From Omnitrophica WOR_2 bacterium RIFCSPLOWO2_12_FULL_46_30 (lineage in GTDB: Bacteria; Omnitrophota; Gorgyraeia; Gygaellales; UBA12090): 26,416 nt of DNA. Numbering within the stretch: the stretch's first letter is position 1; each line of letters opens with the position of its first letter. The stretch covers positions 1 to 26,416 of the forward strand of contig MHHA01000024.1 of the NCBI GenBank assembly GCA_001805845.1, in the 5' to 3' direction. Shown here piece after piece: positions 9,487 to 17,472 of this stretch. The notes below the pieces were generated by a model. It saw nothing but the letters and a program-made list of their open reading frames with translations, did not search any database and was not told where the DNA came from. Position numbers and translations under genes: made by a program.

Positions 9487-10581
9487 CTATCGTATCTTCA
9501 GGGTTGCCAATGTCAGCACAGCCAAAATTATTCCCACAATCCAGAACCTCACGATAACCTTACTTTCCGGGCAGCCTAAAACCTGAAAATGATGATGCAG
9601 GGGCGCAACCTTGAATATTCTCTTTCCTTTCCTGAGACGGAATGACCCTACCTGAAGTATAACCGATAACGCCTCTAACACAAATATTCCCCCTACAATG
9701 ATAAGCAAAAACTCCTTCTTAACGAAGACCGCTATCGTTCCGATAGCTCCCCCCAAAGATAAGGAGCCGATATCTCCCATAAAAACACTCGCCGGAAAAC
9801 AATTAAACCATAAAAAACCCAAAGAAGCGCCCAGGATACTGGCGCAAAAAACAGTCAGTTCACCGCTTCCGGGAATAAAAGGTATCAACAAGTAATTGCT
9901 AAATACGGCATGCCCTGAAACATAGCTTAAAATAGTATAGGTAAGCGCGACCATAATTGTGCAGCCGATAGCCAGGCCGTCTAAACCATCAGTAAGATTT
10001 ACCGCATTGGATGAGCCAACCACCACTAACGCGACAAAAAGAATGTAAAAAGAACCCAAATCCAGAATAATGTTTTTAAAAAACGGCACATCCAGCCTTG
10101 GGCCCAAATTCTGGTTGAGAGATGCAAAATAGCCTATCACCAGGCCTACCGCTGCCTGAAGAATAAATTTTCCCGAAATCGTCAGTCCCCTGGAGCGTTT
10201 TTTAGAAAGCTTGATGTAATCATCAAGAAAACCTATTCCCCCCAGGCCTGAGGTTGCAAGGAGGGTAAAGAGGATATAACTATTTGTAAGGTCAGCCCAT
10301 AGCAAGACAGCGGACGCTATACTTGCCAATATCAAAATCCCTCCCATAGTGGGAGTGCCGGCTTTTGCGCTGTGGAGTTTATATAAGTCTAAGCATTCTT
10401 CAGGCGGCCTGAGCTGTTGTCCAATCTTAAATTGTGAGAGTTTCCTGATTACTAAAGGCCCAAAAATAATACTGATAAGGAATGCGCTGGTTGCCGCCAG
10501 GACCGCCCTGAAGGTGATGTATTTGAAGATATTAAAAAACGAATGGATATCTTTTAAAGAATAGAGTAAATGATATAACAT
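9487..10581 (-). CDS. mraY: Phospho-N-acetylmuramoyl-pentapeptide transferase
   Basis: GTPTMGG, GFLDDY, SNAVNLTDGLDGLA, FMGDIGS, APLHHHF motifs. Confidence 0.97.
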   Translation of the reverse strand: MLYHLLYSLKDIHSFFNIFKYITFRAVLAATSAFLISIIFGPLVIRKLSQFKIGQQLRPPEECLDLYKLHSAKAGTPTMGGILILASIASAVLLWADLTNSYILFTLLATSGLGGIGFLDDYIKLSKKRSRGLTISGKFILQAAVGLVIGYFASLNQNLGPRLDVPFFKNIILDLGSFYILFVALVVVGSSNAVNLTDGLDGLAIGCTIMVALTYTILSYVSGHAVFSNYLLIPFIPGSGELTVFCASILGASLGFLWFNCFPASVFMGDIGSLSLGGAIGTIAVFVKKEFLLIIVGGIFVLEALSVILQVGSFRLRKGKRIFKVAPLHHHFQVLGCPESKVIVRFWIVGIILAVLTLATLKIR

Positions 10582-10622
10582 TTCTTATAAGTGAGAAAGA
10601 TGTCTGTTCTCAATTATTCTTT

Positions 10623-10643
10623 TCTGGTTACTGGTTTCTGGTT
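10623..10643. repeat. 7-bp tandem repeat (TCTGGTT ACTGGTT TCTGGTT) spanning the murF stop codon
   Basis: Three units read directly; the murF TAA (10628-10630) lies within it. Confidence 0.6.
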
Positions 10644-11998
10644 TCTTTTATAAATATCTCCTCCAGCCTCATTGCCCGCGAGCCTTTCAGTAAAACAAAA
10701 TCTCCTTTTTTAAGCAGAGAGGCAACTATACCCCTGGCTTCATCGGCTGTCTCGCACTTATATATTACTTTGTGATTTAGGCTGCCTGCCTGCGCCGCAT
10801 CGCAGGCAATATGCGATAGCCCTCCCACGCCGATGAGCATATCAATAGAGGATTTACCTAACGCTCCCCCAACCTGCCTATGCAGCTCGCCGGCCTTTTG
10901 GCCTAATTCCAGCATATCGCCAATGATTGCAATTTTCCTCCCGCGGGTTCTCAAATTATTAAAGGCATCAATGGCATTATGCATTGATGCGGGATTTGCG
11001 TTGTAAGCATCATCAATTACGTAAAAGCCGTTTATTCTTTTCCTCTGGAAACGGGCTTGAGGAAACCGGAAATACTTTAATTTATTCATTATATCACCGG
11101 CGTCAATACCAAAAATTCTTGCCGCAGCATAGGCGCTCAGGGCATTGTAGACATTAACCTTAGAAACTGTTTTTAGCTCAATGGGATAATTTTTAATATA
11201 GAAGCTGAGCTTTCCGTTTTGCTGGAGTATTCTTCGCGCCATAAAATCGGCTTTATTGGCGATGCCAAAGGTAAAAAAGCTGACCCCGGCGCGGGATAAT
11301 TTTTCTTTGAGCAGGCTATCGTCAACGTTTAAAATTCCGATACGGGGAAAAGCCAACTCCTTAATCAATTCCCATTTCTCTCTCAGGACTCCCTTTTCAT
11401 CGCCAAAAAATTCAAGGTGCGCCGGGCCGATATTAGTAATCAGCCCTACCGCGGGTACGGCAATCCGGCAAAGCTCCCTGAGCTCGCCAAAATGATTCGT
11501 CCCTAATTCTAATACCGCGATTTCATGGCTTGTATCTAAGCGAAGCAGGGCCAGGGATAAACCAATGATATTATTCCGGGTTCCTTGATTTTTGAGAACC
11601 TTATACCTGGAACTTAACAGAGAAGCGAGCATCTCTTTGCAGGTAGTCTTGCCGTTTGTTCCGGTTATACCGATTACCGGTATAGAGAAACGTTTGCGCT
11701 GGTAAGAGGCCAGTGCGCTTAAGGCGGTTATGGTATTGCTAACCGCGATGGCATTGCGCGGAATTTTACTCCCTGCTCCTGCCGCTTTATCCCGGCAAAA
11801 ACAAATAGCTGCTGCGCCATTTTTTATTGCCTGGGGAATAAAATCGTGGCCGTCAAAACGCTCTCCTCTTATGCAGATGAATATATCGCCTTTTTTAATG
11901 GTGCGTGAATCTATAGAAACGCCGGCGATCTCCTCATCGGGATTTCCGGCAACAAGCTCACCCGCCGTTGCCTGCGATATTTCTCTTATAGTCCACAT
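10628..11998 (-). CDS. murF: UDP-MurNAc-tripeptide--D-Ala-D-Ala ligase
   Basis: SIDSRTI, GERFDGHDF, ITGTNGKTTCKE, ELGTNHFGE, DDAYNANPASM, GDMLELG, LKGSRAMRLE motifs. Confidence 0.96.
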   Translation of the reverse strand: MWTIREISQATAGELVAGNPDEEIAGVSIDSRTIKKGDIFICIRGERFDGHDFIPQAIKNGAAAICFCRDKAAGAGSKIPRNAIAVSNTITALSALASYQRKRFSIPVIGITGTNGKTTCKEMLASLLSSRYKVLKNQGTRNNIIGLSLALLRLDTSHEIAVLELGTNHFGELRELCRIAVPAVGLITNIGPAHLEFFGDEKGVLREKWELIKELAFPRIGILNVDDSLLKEKLSRAGVSFFTFGIANKADFMARRILQQNGKLSFYIKNYPIELKTVSKVNVYNALSAYAAARIFGIDAGDIMNKLKYFRFPQARFQRKRINGFYVIDDAYNANPASMHNAIDAFNNLRTRGRKIAIIGDMLELGQKAGELHRQVGGALGKSSIDMLIGVGGLSHIACDAAQAGSLNHKVIYKCETADEARGIVASLLKKGDFVLLKGSRAMRLEEIFIKETRNQ

Positions 11999-12005
11999 AT
12001 CTCTG

Positions 12006-13547
12006 TCATAATCCCATCTGACGCAAGAGTTGTCCTGTTACAATTGCATCGTCAAATTCAATCTTCCTGTCTTTGAGAATTTGGTAATCCTCATGGCCTT
12101 TTCCGGCAATAAGGATTGTGTCGCCGGCTTTAGACGCGGATAAGGCGCAGGCAATTGCCTCTTTGCGCTCTAAAATAACCCTGTAATTACCCCCGCGCAT
12201 CCTTAAGGTAATCTCATCGGCAATTTTTTGCGGCTCTTCACTGCGGGGATTATCAGAGGTGATAATAACCTTATCCGCATATTTCTGGGCGAGCTCTCCC
12301 ATCAGCGGCCTCTTAAAAGCATCGCGCTCTCCTCCGCAGCCAAAGACAACCGTCAGATTACCCCCGGAGAGTGCCTTGAGGGCCGCCAGGACATTCATCA
12401 GAGCATCAGGAGTATGTGCATAGTCAATAAAAACATTCCTTTCCTGCGCCCTGACCCTTTCCAGCCTTCCCTTGACGCCGTTAAAATTTTCTACGGCGCG
12501 GACAATCCGCGCTAATTCTATTTTCTGACTCAAGCCAAAGGCGATAGCAGCCAAGACATTAGAGATATTGTGCCTGCCGATAAGGCGGGTCTTGATTTTT
12601 GTCTTGCGTTTTTTCGTATGCAGGATAAATTCGCTTCCTGCCAAATCTAAGGCTAAATTTCTAGCTCTAATATCGCAGGCCGAATCTATTCCATAGGTAA
12701 TTAATTTCCCCCGGCCTACAGCCGTAAGCCTCCCGGCATAAGGGCTATCGGCATTGATTATGCTAAAGGCGTCTTTATTAAGCTCCCGGAAAAGCTTGGC
12801 TTTGGCAGAAAAATAGTTTTCTAAATTAAGATGGTAATCCAGATGGTCATGAGTCAGATTAGTAAATAGAGCGGCTTTAAAATCTATTGCCCTGGTCCTT
12901 TGCTGATCTAAGCCGTGCGAAGAAACCTCCATTACGCAGTAAGCGCATCCGGCTCTAACCATTTGCTTTAAGAACATTTGCAGGCCTAATGGTCCGGGCG
13001 TGGTATTCTGGGTAGGAATGATTTTCTCTTCAAAAGAATAACCCACGGTTCCGATTATACCGCAGGAAAAATGAGCCTCCTGGAGTATACTGCGGATGAG
13101 ATAGGTGATGGTGGTTTTTCCGTTTGTGCCGGTAACGCCAATCACTTTGAGCTTGCCGGAGGGATGGCCAAAAAATTCATCTGCCAGCACCGCCAGGGCA
13201 TAGCGGGTATCGGAAAAATGGATAACGGGCACTCTCGTTTTAGCCAATGCAGTCCTGCCATTAGCGCTAACCACGCACGAAGCGCCTTTTTTTATCGCCT
13301 CAGCGATAAAATCACTGCCTTTTACTTTTGTGCCATCAATAGCTACGAAAAGGGAGCCTTTTCTTACGGCTCGGGAATCGCAAGCGAGGCCTGAGATATC
13401 CACATTTTCTGAAAGTTTTTCAGGGCGCTTACTATGGCTGCGGCTAGTGGAAGCCGCACCATCGCCCTCTGGCCTATGGCTGCGGCTAGTGCCCCGCCGT
13501 AGGCGGGGTGGCTTATCTAGTCTTCTTAGCAATCTCGCTAATTGCAT
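12006..13547 (-). CDS. murE: UDP-MurNAc-dipeptide--meso-DAP ligase, with a 28-aa repeat-derived N-terminal insertion
   Basis: GVTGTNGKTT, TTPGP, MEVSSHGL, DHLDYH, DYAHTPDAL, DNPR (DAP-type), AGKGHEDYQ motifs; GAGGA RBS upstream of ATG 13547. Confidence 0.96.
   Translation of the reverse strand: MQLARLLRRLDKPPRLRRGTSRSHRPEGDGAASTSRSHSKRPEKLSENVDISGLACDSRAVRKGSLFVAIDGTKVKGSDFIAEAIKKGASCVVSANGRTALAKTRVPVIHFSDTRYALAVLADEFFGHPSGKLKVIGVTGTNGKTTITYLIRSILQEAHFSCGIIGTVGYSFEEKIIPTQNTTPGPLGLQMFLKQMVRAGCAYCVMEVSSHGLDQQRTRAIDFKAALFTNLTHDHLDYHLNLENYFSAKAKLFRELNKDAFSIINADSPYAGRLTAVGRGKLITYGIDSACDIRARNLALDLAGSEFILHTKKRKTKIKTRLIGRHNISNVLAAIAFGLSQKIELARIVRAVENFNGVKGRLERVRAQERNVFIDYAHTPDALMNVLAALKALSGGNLTVVFGCGGERDAFKRPLMGELAQKYADKVIITSDNPRSEEPQKIADEITLRMRGGNYRVILERKEAIACALSASKAGDTILIAGKGHEDYQILKDRKIEFDDAIVTGQLLRQMGL
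13427..13515. repeat. 84-bp palindromic repeat element inserted in frame in murE, flanked by GCTTA direct repeats
   Basis: 18-bp direct repeat CTATGGCTGCGGCTAGTG (13432-13449, 13474-13491); hairpins TGCGGCT/AGCCGCA and CCCCGCC-GTA-GGCGGGG (13492-13508); related copy at 22845-22910. Confidence 0.85.
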
Positions 13548-15222
13548 CGTTATTCCTCTCTAGTTTCAGGTATTTCACTACATCCTGGACAATCCGTTTA
13601 AATACCGGAGCCGCAACCACTCCGCCAAAATAATAAGGGCGCGGCTCGTCTACAGTGACCACGACTGCCACCAGCGGCTGATCAGCCGGCGCAAAACCGA
13701 TGAATGAAGCAATATACTTACTATGCGAATAGCTGCCGTCCGGCTCAATCTTCTGAGCAGTGCCGGTTTTTCCGGCAACCTTAAAATCAGAAACCCTGGC
13801 CAGCTTTCCGGTCCCTTCTTCAGTGGCTAAGACCAATATATCTCTGATGCGTTTTGCTGTTTTTGAGGAAATTACCCGCCTTACTTCTTCGGGTTTATAT
13901 TCCTTAATTATCTGGCCCCGGGTATCCCGGATTGCCTTTACAATGCTCGGCCTCATCAATATGCCGTCATTTGCAATGGCCGATATTGCGCAGGCAAGCT
14001 GCAGGGCGGTAACCCCGACCTCATGTCCTATGGGCACCGCGCCGATTGAGGTCTTAGACCAGGTTTTCGGCTCTTTTAATACGCCGGGGATTTCTCCCGG
14101 CATATCTAATCCTGATTCTCTGCCAAAACCAAAGGAGGCGGAGTAGCGATAGATAATATCCGGGCCTAAACTCTGGGCAATTTTGGTGGTGCCAATATTG
14201 CTTGACTCGCTAAAAACTTGGCTAAAGCTAAGCCAGCCGTGCGCATGGTGGTCGTGGAGAATATGATTAGCCACCCGGTAAGAACCGTTTTCACAAAAAA
14301 AGCGGTCTGATTCGTTAAACCTTCCTTCCTCCAATGCTGCCGAGGCGGTCACAATCTTGAAAACAGAACCCGGCTCAAACATATCACAGAGCGCCCGATT
14401 GCGCCGGAAATCCGCACTTGAGACTTGCGGATGATTCGCATCGTAGGTTGGCCGGTTGGCCAAAGCCAAGAGCTCTCCTGTCTTGGGATTAAGAATGATC
14501 ACCGATGCCCCTCTGGCTTTAAATGTCTTATAAACCCTCTCTAATTCCCTTTCCGCAATAAACTGAATAAATTCATCAATGGTTAAGATTAACTCAGAGC
14601 CGTCTCTGGGTAAGAGCAGATTCTGGCTGAGTAATTTATTCTGCTTGGCATCCCTAAGCACAACTGTCCAGCCGCTTGTTCCTTTCAGATACTCATCATA
14701 CTGCAGCTCTAATCCTTCTAAACCCACGTTATCCAGACCCGCAAAACCTATTGTCTGCGAGGCAAGATTTTTATCCGGATAGCTGCGCTTACTCTCGCGA
14801 ATAAATCCCAGTCCCTCAATTTTCAACTGCCTTATCTTCTCAGCCTGCTCCCAGGACAGCTTGCGGGCAATCCAGACAAATGCCTTATTACGATAGAGCC
14901 TGCCTTTCAGATAATTATAGTCTAAGCCCAGGGCCTCAACTAACTGCAGGATTGCTTTTTCTTTATTTTTGAACTGGCGGTTTGAGGCATAGAGTGAATC
15001 CGCGGGAAGGTTTACTGCGAGTGGTTTCAGATTGCGGTCGTAAATGGCGCCCCGTAAGGGCTCTAATTCAATATAGAGATTGTGCTGCTGGCTGGCTACA
15101 TCAGAAAGATAGCTGGACCTAAAGAGCTGAATATACAGGAGGCGTAAGACACAGAGGACAAAGAGGAATAAAAAAATAAAAATGACCGCTCGGAAGCGAC
15201 GGTGGCTGATGCCGGTATGCAC
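13513..15222 (-). CDS. ftsI: Class B penicillin-binding protein (FtsI/PBP3)
   Basis: N-terminal TM, RGAIYDRN, SVFK (SxxK), SSN (SxN), KTGTAQK; GTG start; no PASTA domain. Confidence 0.94.
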   Translation of the reverse strand: MHTGISHRRFRAVIFIFLFLFVLCVLRLLYIQLFRSSYLSDVASQQHNLYIELEPLRGAIYDRNLKPLAVNLPADSLYASNRQFKNKEKAILQLVEALGLDYNYLKGRLYRNKAFVWIARKLSWEQAEKIRQLKIEGLGFIRESKRSYPDKNLASQTIGFAGLDNVGLEGLELQYDEYLKGTSGWTVVLRDAKQNKLLSQNLLLPRDGSELILTIDEFIQFIAERELERVYKTFKARGASVIILNPKTGELLALANRPTYDANHPQVSSADFRRNRALCDMFEPGSVFKIVTASAALEEGRFNESDRFFCENGSYRVANHILHDHHAHGWLSFSQVFSESSNIGTTKIAQSLGPDIIYRYSASFGFGRESGLDMPGEIPGVLKEPKTWSKTSIGAVPIGHEVGVTALQLACAISAIANDGILMRPSIVKAIRDTRGQIIKEYKPEEVRRVISSKTAKRIRDILVLATEEGTGKLARVSDFKVAGKTGTAQKIEPDGSYSHSKYIASFIGFAPADQPLVAVVVTVDEPRPYYFGGVVAAPVFKRIVQDVVKYLKLERNNDAISEIAKKTR

Positions 15223-15239
15223 AGAAATTTTATCTATCT

Positions 15240-15357
15240 ACCCCGCTCAATCAATCCTTCAACTACGCTTAAGGATTGATGGTGAGCGCAGTCAAACCCA
15301 TCAAATGCGAGGTGAAAGCGAGAGCGGAGAATTCCTACCCGTTACAAAGGGCGGGGT
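15240..15357. repeat. 118-bp MITE/REP-like element with ACCCCGC/GCGGGGT terminal inverted repeats, between the ftsL-like gene and ftsI
   Basis: 7-bp terminal IR; perfect internal 10-bp IR ATCAATCCTT (15250-15259)/AAGGATTGAT (15271-15280); begins immediately after the ftsL-like stop. Confidence 0.75.
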
Positions 15358-15807
15358 TTAGCGGTTATTGAAATCCTGGGCCTGGGCCTGTTTGTTAATG
15401 AATGATTTGACTATCAAAAGCGGTAAGGCATTCTGCAGCTTCGCAATACTCACTACGAAAGTTTCTTGCCGCTTAAGTTTAATTCCTGCCTTTTGCGTGG
15501 AACGAAATCCATCCTGAAGCCCGCCCTGCGCATTATCAATCGCTAGCGGCAAAGTCATCACTTGTGACGGCTGAGGTATCTCAAAATTAGCAGCGCCGTC
15601 TAATAATTTATTTCCCAGGTTCAATGCGGACTTCTGACTAATCAGATTATAGCGTAAATACTGATTTCTATCAAGTAATTCTTTGCAGGCCTTATTCTTA
15701 TTATTTTCCAGATAGGCAAGCTTGATAATTTCGCTCTGCTGCCAGGTATATACCAGGCTCAAGGTAGTTAGCGCCATTAAACAGATAATAAAATATTTTA
15801 ACCTCAT
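15358..15807 (-). CDS. ftsL: FtsL-like cell division protein with a long C-terminal extension
   Basis: Short N-tail, TM helix, then coiled coil; located between rsmH and ftsI. Assignment is by architecture and position, not strong motif identity. Confidence 0.6.
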   Translation of the reverse strand: MRLKYFIICLMALTTLSLVYTWQQSEIIKLAYLENNKNKACKELLDRNQYLRYNLISQKSALNLGNKLLDGAANFEIPQPSQVMTLPLAIDNAQGGLQDGFRSTQKAGIKLKRQETFVVSIAKLQNALPLLIVKSFINKQAQAQDFNNR

Positions 15808-15823
15808 TCTAGTGCTCCCTTAA

Positions 15824-16723
15824 CTAAATTCTGACTGCCGCCCTCATCTTAGCGCTTCGCGCGCGGGGGTTCTCTTCGATTTCTTCATCCGTCGGCGCTG
15901 TCGGCTTTTTGCTCATCAGCCGGTAGATTCCCCTCTGCGCATTTTCTCTAAAATTGTGTTTTACCAGCCTGTCTTCTAAGGAATGAAAGGAGATTACGCA
16001 AACGACAGCTCCTTTTTTTAAAAATTCGGGGATATGCTCCAGAGCTTCGCTTAAAGCCTCAAGCTCGCGGTTTACCGCAATGCGCAGCGCCTGAAAGGTC
16101 CGGGTTGCCGGATGTATCCGTTGATATCCGCTGAATTTATAGGGTATGGCCCTTAAGACAATCTCTTTGAGCTGGTTAGTGGTAGAAATAGGATGCCGCG
16201 CCCTTTCTCTTACTAAATATTTAGCAATACGATTGTGCCAACGCTCCTGGCCAAAAGACCAGAGGATATCGGAAATTTCCTTTTCAGTCAGATTATTCAC
16301 TAAATCGTAAGCCAGGATATAGCTGGTTTTATCCATACGCATATCTAACGGCGCATTATAACGGAAACTAAAGCCGCGCTCTTGGGAATCAAGCTGATAG
16401 CTTGAGGCCCCCAAATCAAAAAGTATGCCGTCTATCTTCTTTAGATTAAGTCCTAACAAAATCTTATCAATACTGCGAAAGTCGGCGTGCACTAAGTCCA
16501 CGTTCTGATTAAATTCCTTCAGGCGGCCTCCGGCAATCAACAGGGATTCTGCATCGCGGTCAATCCCTATCAGCCTGCCGCCCGGAGTTATCTTTTCTAA
16601 TATTTTCATCGCGTGCCCGGCTGTGCCGATGGTAGCGTCAACAATGGTAAGGCCGGGCCTTAACTTCAAATATTCCACTGCCTCCCTGCACATAACCGGT
16701 ATATGTTCAATATTAACCGCCAT
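15824..16723 (-). CDS. rsmH: 16S rRNA (cytosine1402-N4)-methyltransferase
   Basis: HIPVM, DATIGTAGH, DLGASSYQLD, RGFSF, PLDMRMD, HPATRTFQALRIAVNREL, ISFHSLEDR, NPRARSAKMR motifs. Confidence 0.97.
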   Translation of the reverse strand: MAVNIEHIPVMCREAVEYLKLRPGLTIVDATIGTAGHAMKILEKITPGGRLIGIDRDAESLLIAGGRLKEFNQNVDLVHADFRSIDKILLGLNLKKIDGILFDLGASSYQLDSQERGFSFRYNAPLDMRMDKTSYILAYDLVNNLTEKEISDILWSFGQERWHNRIAKYLVRERARHPISTTNQLKEIVLRAIPYKFSGYQRIHPATRTFQALRIAVNRELEALSEALEHIPEFLKKGAVVCVISFHSLEDRLVKHNFRENAQRGIYRLMSKKPTAPTDEEIEENPRARSAKMRAAVRI

Positions 16724-16755
16724 ATATCTGCCGCCTTTGCTAAAACCGCCTTCGT

Positions 16756-17205
16756 CTATGATGCAGCGCCTTCCTCCAAGAGATTCTGGGCAATCTCCTC
16801 AAAAGTAGCGCTTGAGTGAGCGTAAAAATCCTGCCAGGCCGTCCTGGACCAGAGTTCAATCCGGTTTGAAACGCCGACAATCGCCACTTCTTTTTTTATA
16901 TCGGCAAAATCCTTTAAATACTGCGGAATGATAATCCTGCCCTGGCGGTCAGGGGCCACCTCGGTAGCGCCGGAAAAATATAAGCGATTAAAGGTGCGCG
17001 CCTGCTGCTTAGTAAAAGACACGGCTTTTAGCTTGGCCTCATAGTTTTTCCACTCTTCTTCGCTAAACATAAAGAGGCACTTATCTAATCCGCGAGTCAC
17101 AAAGAATTTTTCTATATAATTATTCTTGGCGGCTTCCCTGAATTTTGCCGGCAAGATAAGTCTTCCTTTGCGGTCTATAGTATGCTGATATTCTCCGTAA
17201 AACAT
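16756..17205 (-). CDS. mraZ: Division/cell-wall cluster transcriptional repressor MraZ
   Basis: MFYGEYQHTIDRKGRLILP, TRGLDKCL, DRQGRIIIP, GVSNRIELW. Start reassigned to ATG 17205; the ORF-track start at 17256 runs through the promoter and operator. Confidence 0.95.
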   Translation of the reverse strand: MFYGEYQHTIDRKGRLILPAKFREAAKNNYIEKFFVTRGLDKCLFMFSEEEWKNYEAKLKAVSFTKQQARTFNRLYFSGATEVAPDRQGRIIIPQYLKDFADIKKEVAIVGVSNRIELWSRTAWQDFYAHSSATFEEIAQNLLEEGAAS

Positions 17206-17211
17206 TTTTAG

Positions 17212-17236
17212 CCACTTTCCTCCACTTTGAGCCACT
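17212..17236 (-). promoter_or_regulatory. MraZ-binding direct repeats (three AGTGG boxes, 10-bp period)
   Basis: Minus strand AGTGG-CTCAA-AGTGG-AGGAA-AGTGG just upstream of the mraZ ATG; matches the known GTGG/TGGG 10-bp-spaced MraZ operator architecture. Confidence 0.85.
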
Positions 17237-17247
17237 CTATGGAATAA

Positions 17248-17275
17248 AGTATACACTGCATTTGGAGCTTGTCAA
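17248..17275 (-). promoter_or_regulatory. Sigma70-type promoter of the dcw operon
   Basis: TTGACA (17275-17270), 16-bp spacer, TATACT (17253-17248). Confidence 0.75.
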
Positions 17276-17301
17276 GATAAATGTTGCCTGAATTTTTCTA
17301 T

Positions 17302-17317
17302 ATACAATATCTTGTAT
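17302..17317. promoter_or_regulatory. 16-bp palindrome ATACAA-TATC-TTGTAT, NrdR-box-like
   Basis: Perfect 6-bp IR; core CAATATCTTG fits CwAtATnTwG; weak second copy 31 bp downstream (C at 17336). Confidence 0.4.
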
Positions 17318-17392
17318 CCTATTGGCGATGATATACTAAGAAATGTAGCGGCCATAAAAACCATCTCTTATATATACTGCCGCTATTAACGA

Positions 17393-17421
17393 TTGACACT
17401 ATAATAAATATATGTTATAGT
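17393..17421 (+). promoter_or_regulatory. Sigma70-type promoter of the Amt-kinase gene
   Basis: TTGACA (17393-17398), 17-bp spacer, TATAGT (17416-17421) with an extended -10 TG at 17413-17414. Confidence 0.8.
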
Positions 17422-17438
17422 TTAGTTGGAAATATTTC

Positions 17439-17454
17439 TGAGGCGATTTTCTTG
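17439..17454. repeat. 16-bp motif TGAGGCGATTTTCTTG, copy 2, in the Amt-kinase 5' leader
   Basis: Exact match to 1946-1961; flanked by the perfect 10-bp palindromes GAAATATTTC (17429-17438) and TTTAGCTAAA (17455-17464). Confidence 0.7.
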
Positions 17455-17472
17455 TTTAGCTAAAGCAAACTT

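Noticed and set aside
13432-13491. 18-bp direct repeats as a mini-CRISPR
   Set aside because: Only two units, too short, inside a coding gene, and no cas genes or leader.
269-16808. Numerous short plus-strand ORFs (e.g. 269-676, 1576-1932, 13760-14146) and nested minus-strand ORFs in the track
   Set aside because: They lie within or antisense to well-conserved genes, lack motifs or RBS, and are best explained as shadow ORFs.
17346-17385. 7-bp inverted repeat TAGCGGC/GCCGCTA upstream of the amt -35
   Set aside because: Short arms with a 26-bp spacer are plausible by chance; no independent support.
17394-17421. dif-like sequence (ATAA...TATGTTA) given the nearby xerD
   Set aside because: The spacer would be 5 bp rather than 6, the XerC arm is poor, and the sequence is fully explained as the amt promoter spacer and -10.
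17281-17472. Known nitrogen-regulator sites (sigma54 -24/-12, GlnR/TnrA TGTNA-N7-TNACA, NtcA GTA-N8-TAC, NrpR GGAA-N6-TTCC) upstream of the Amt-kinase
   Set aside because: No match with correct spacing was found by eye; GGAA-ATAT-TTCT has the wrong spacer for NrpR.
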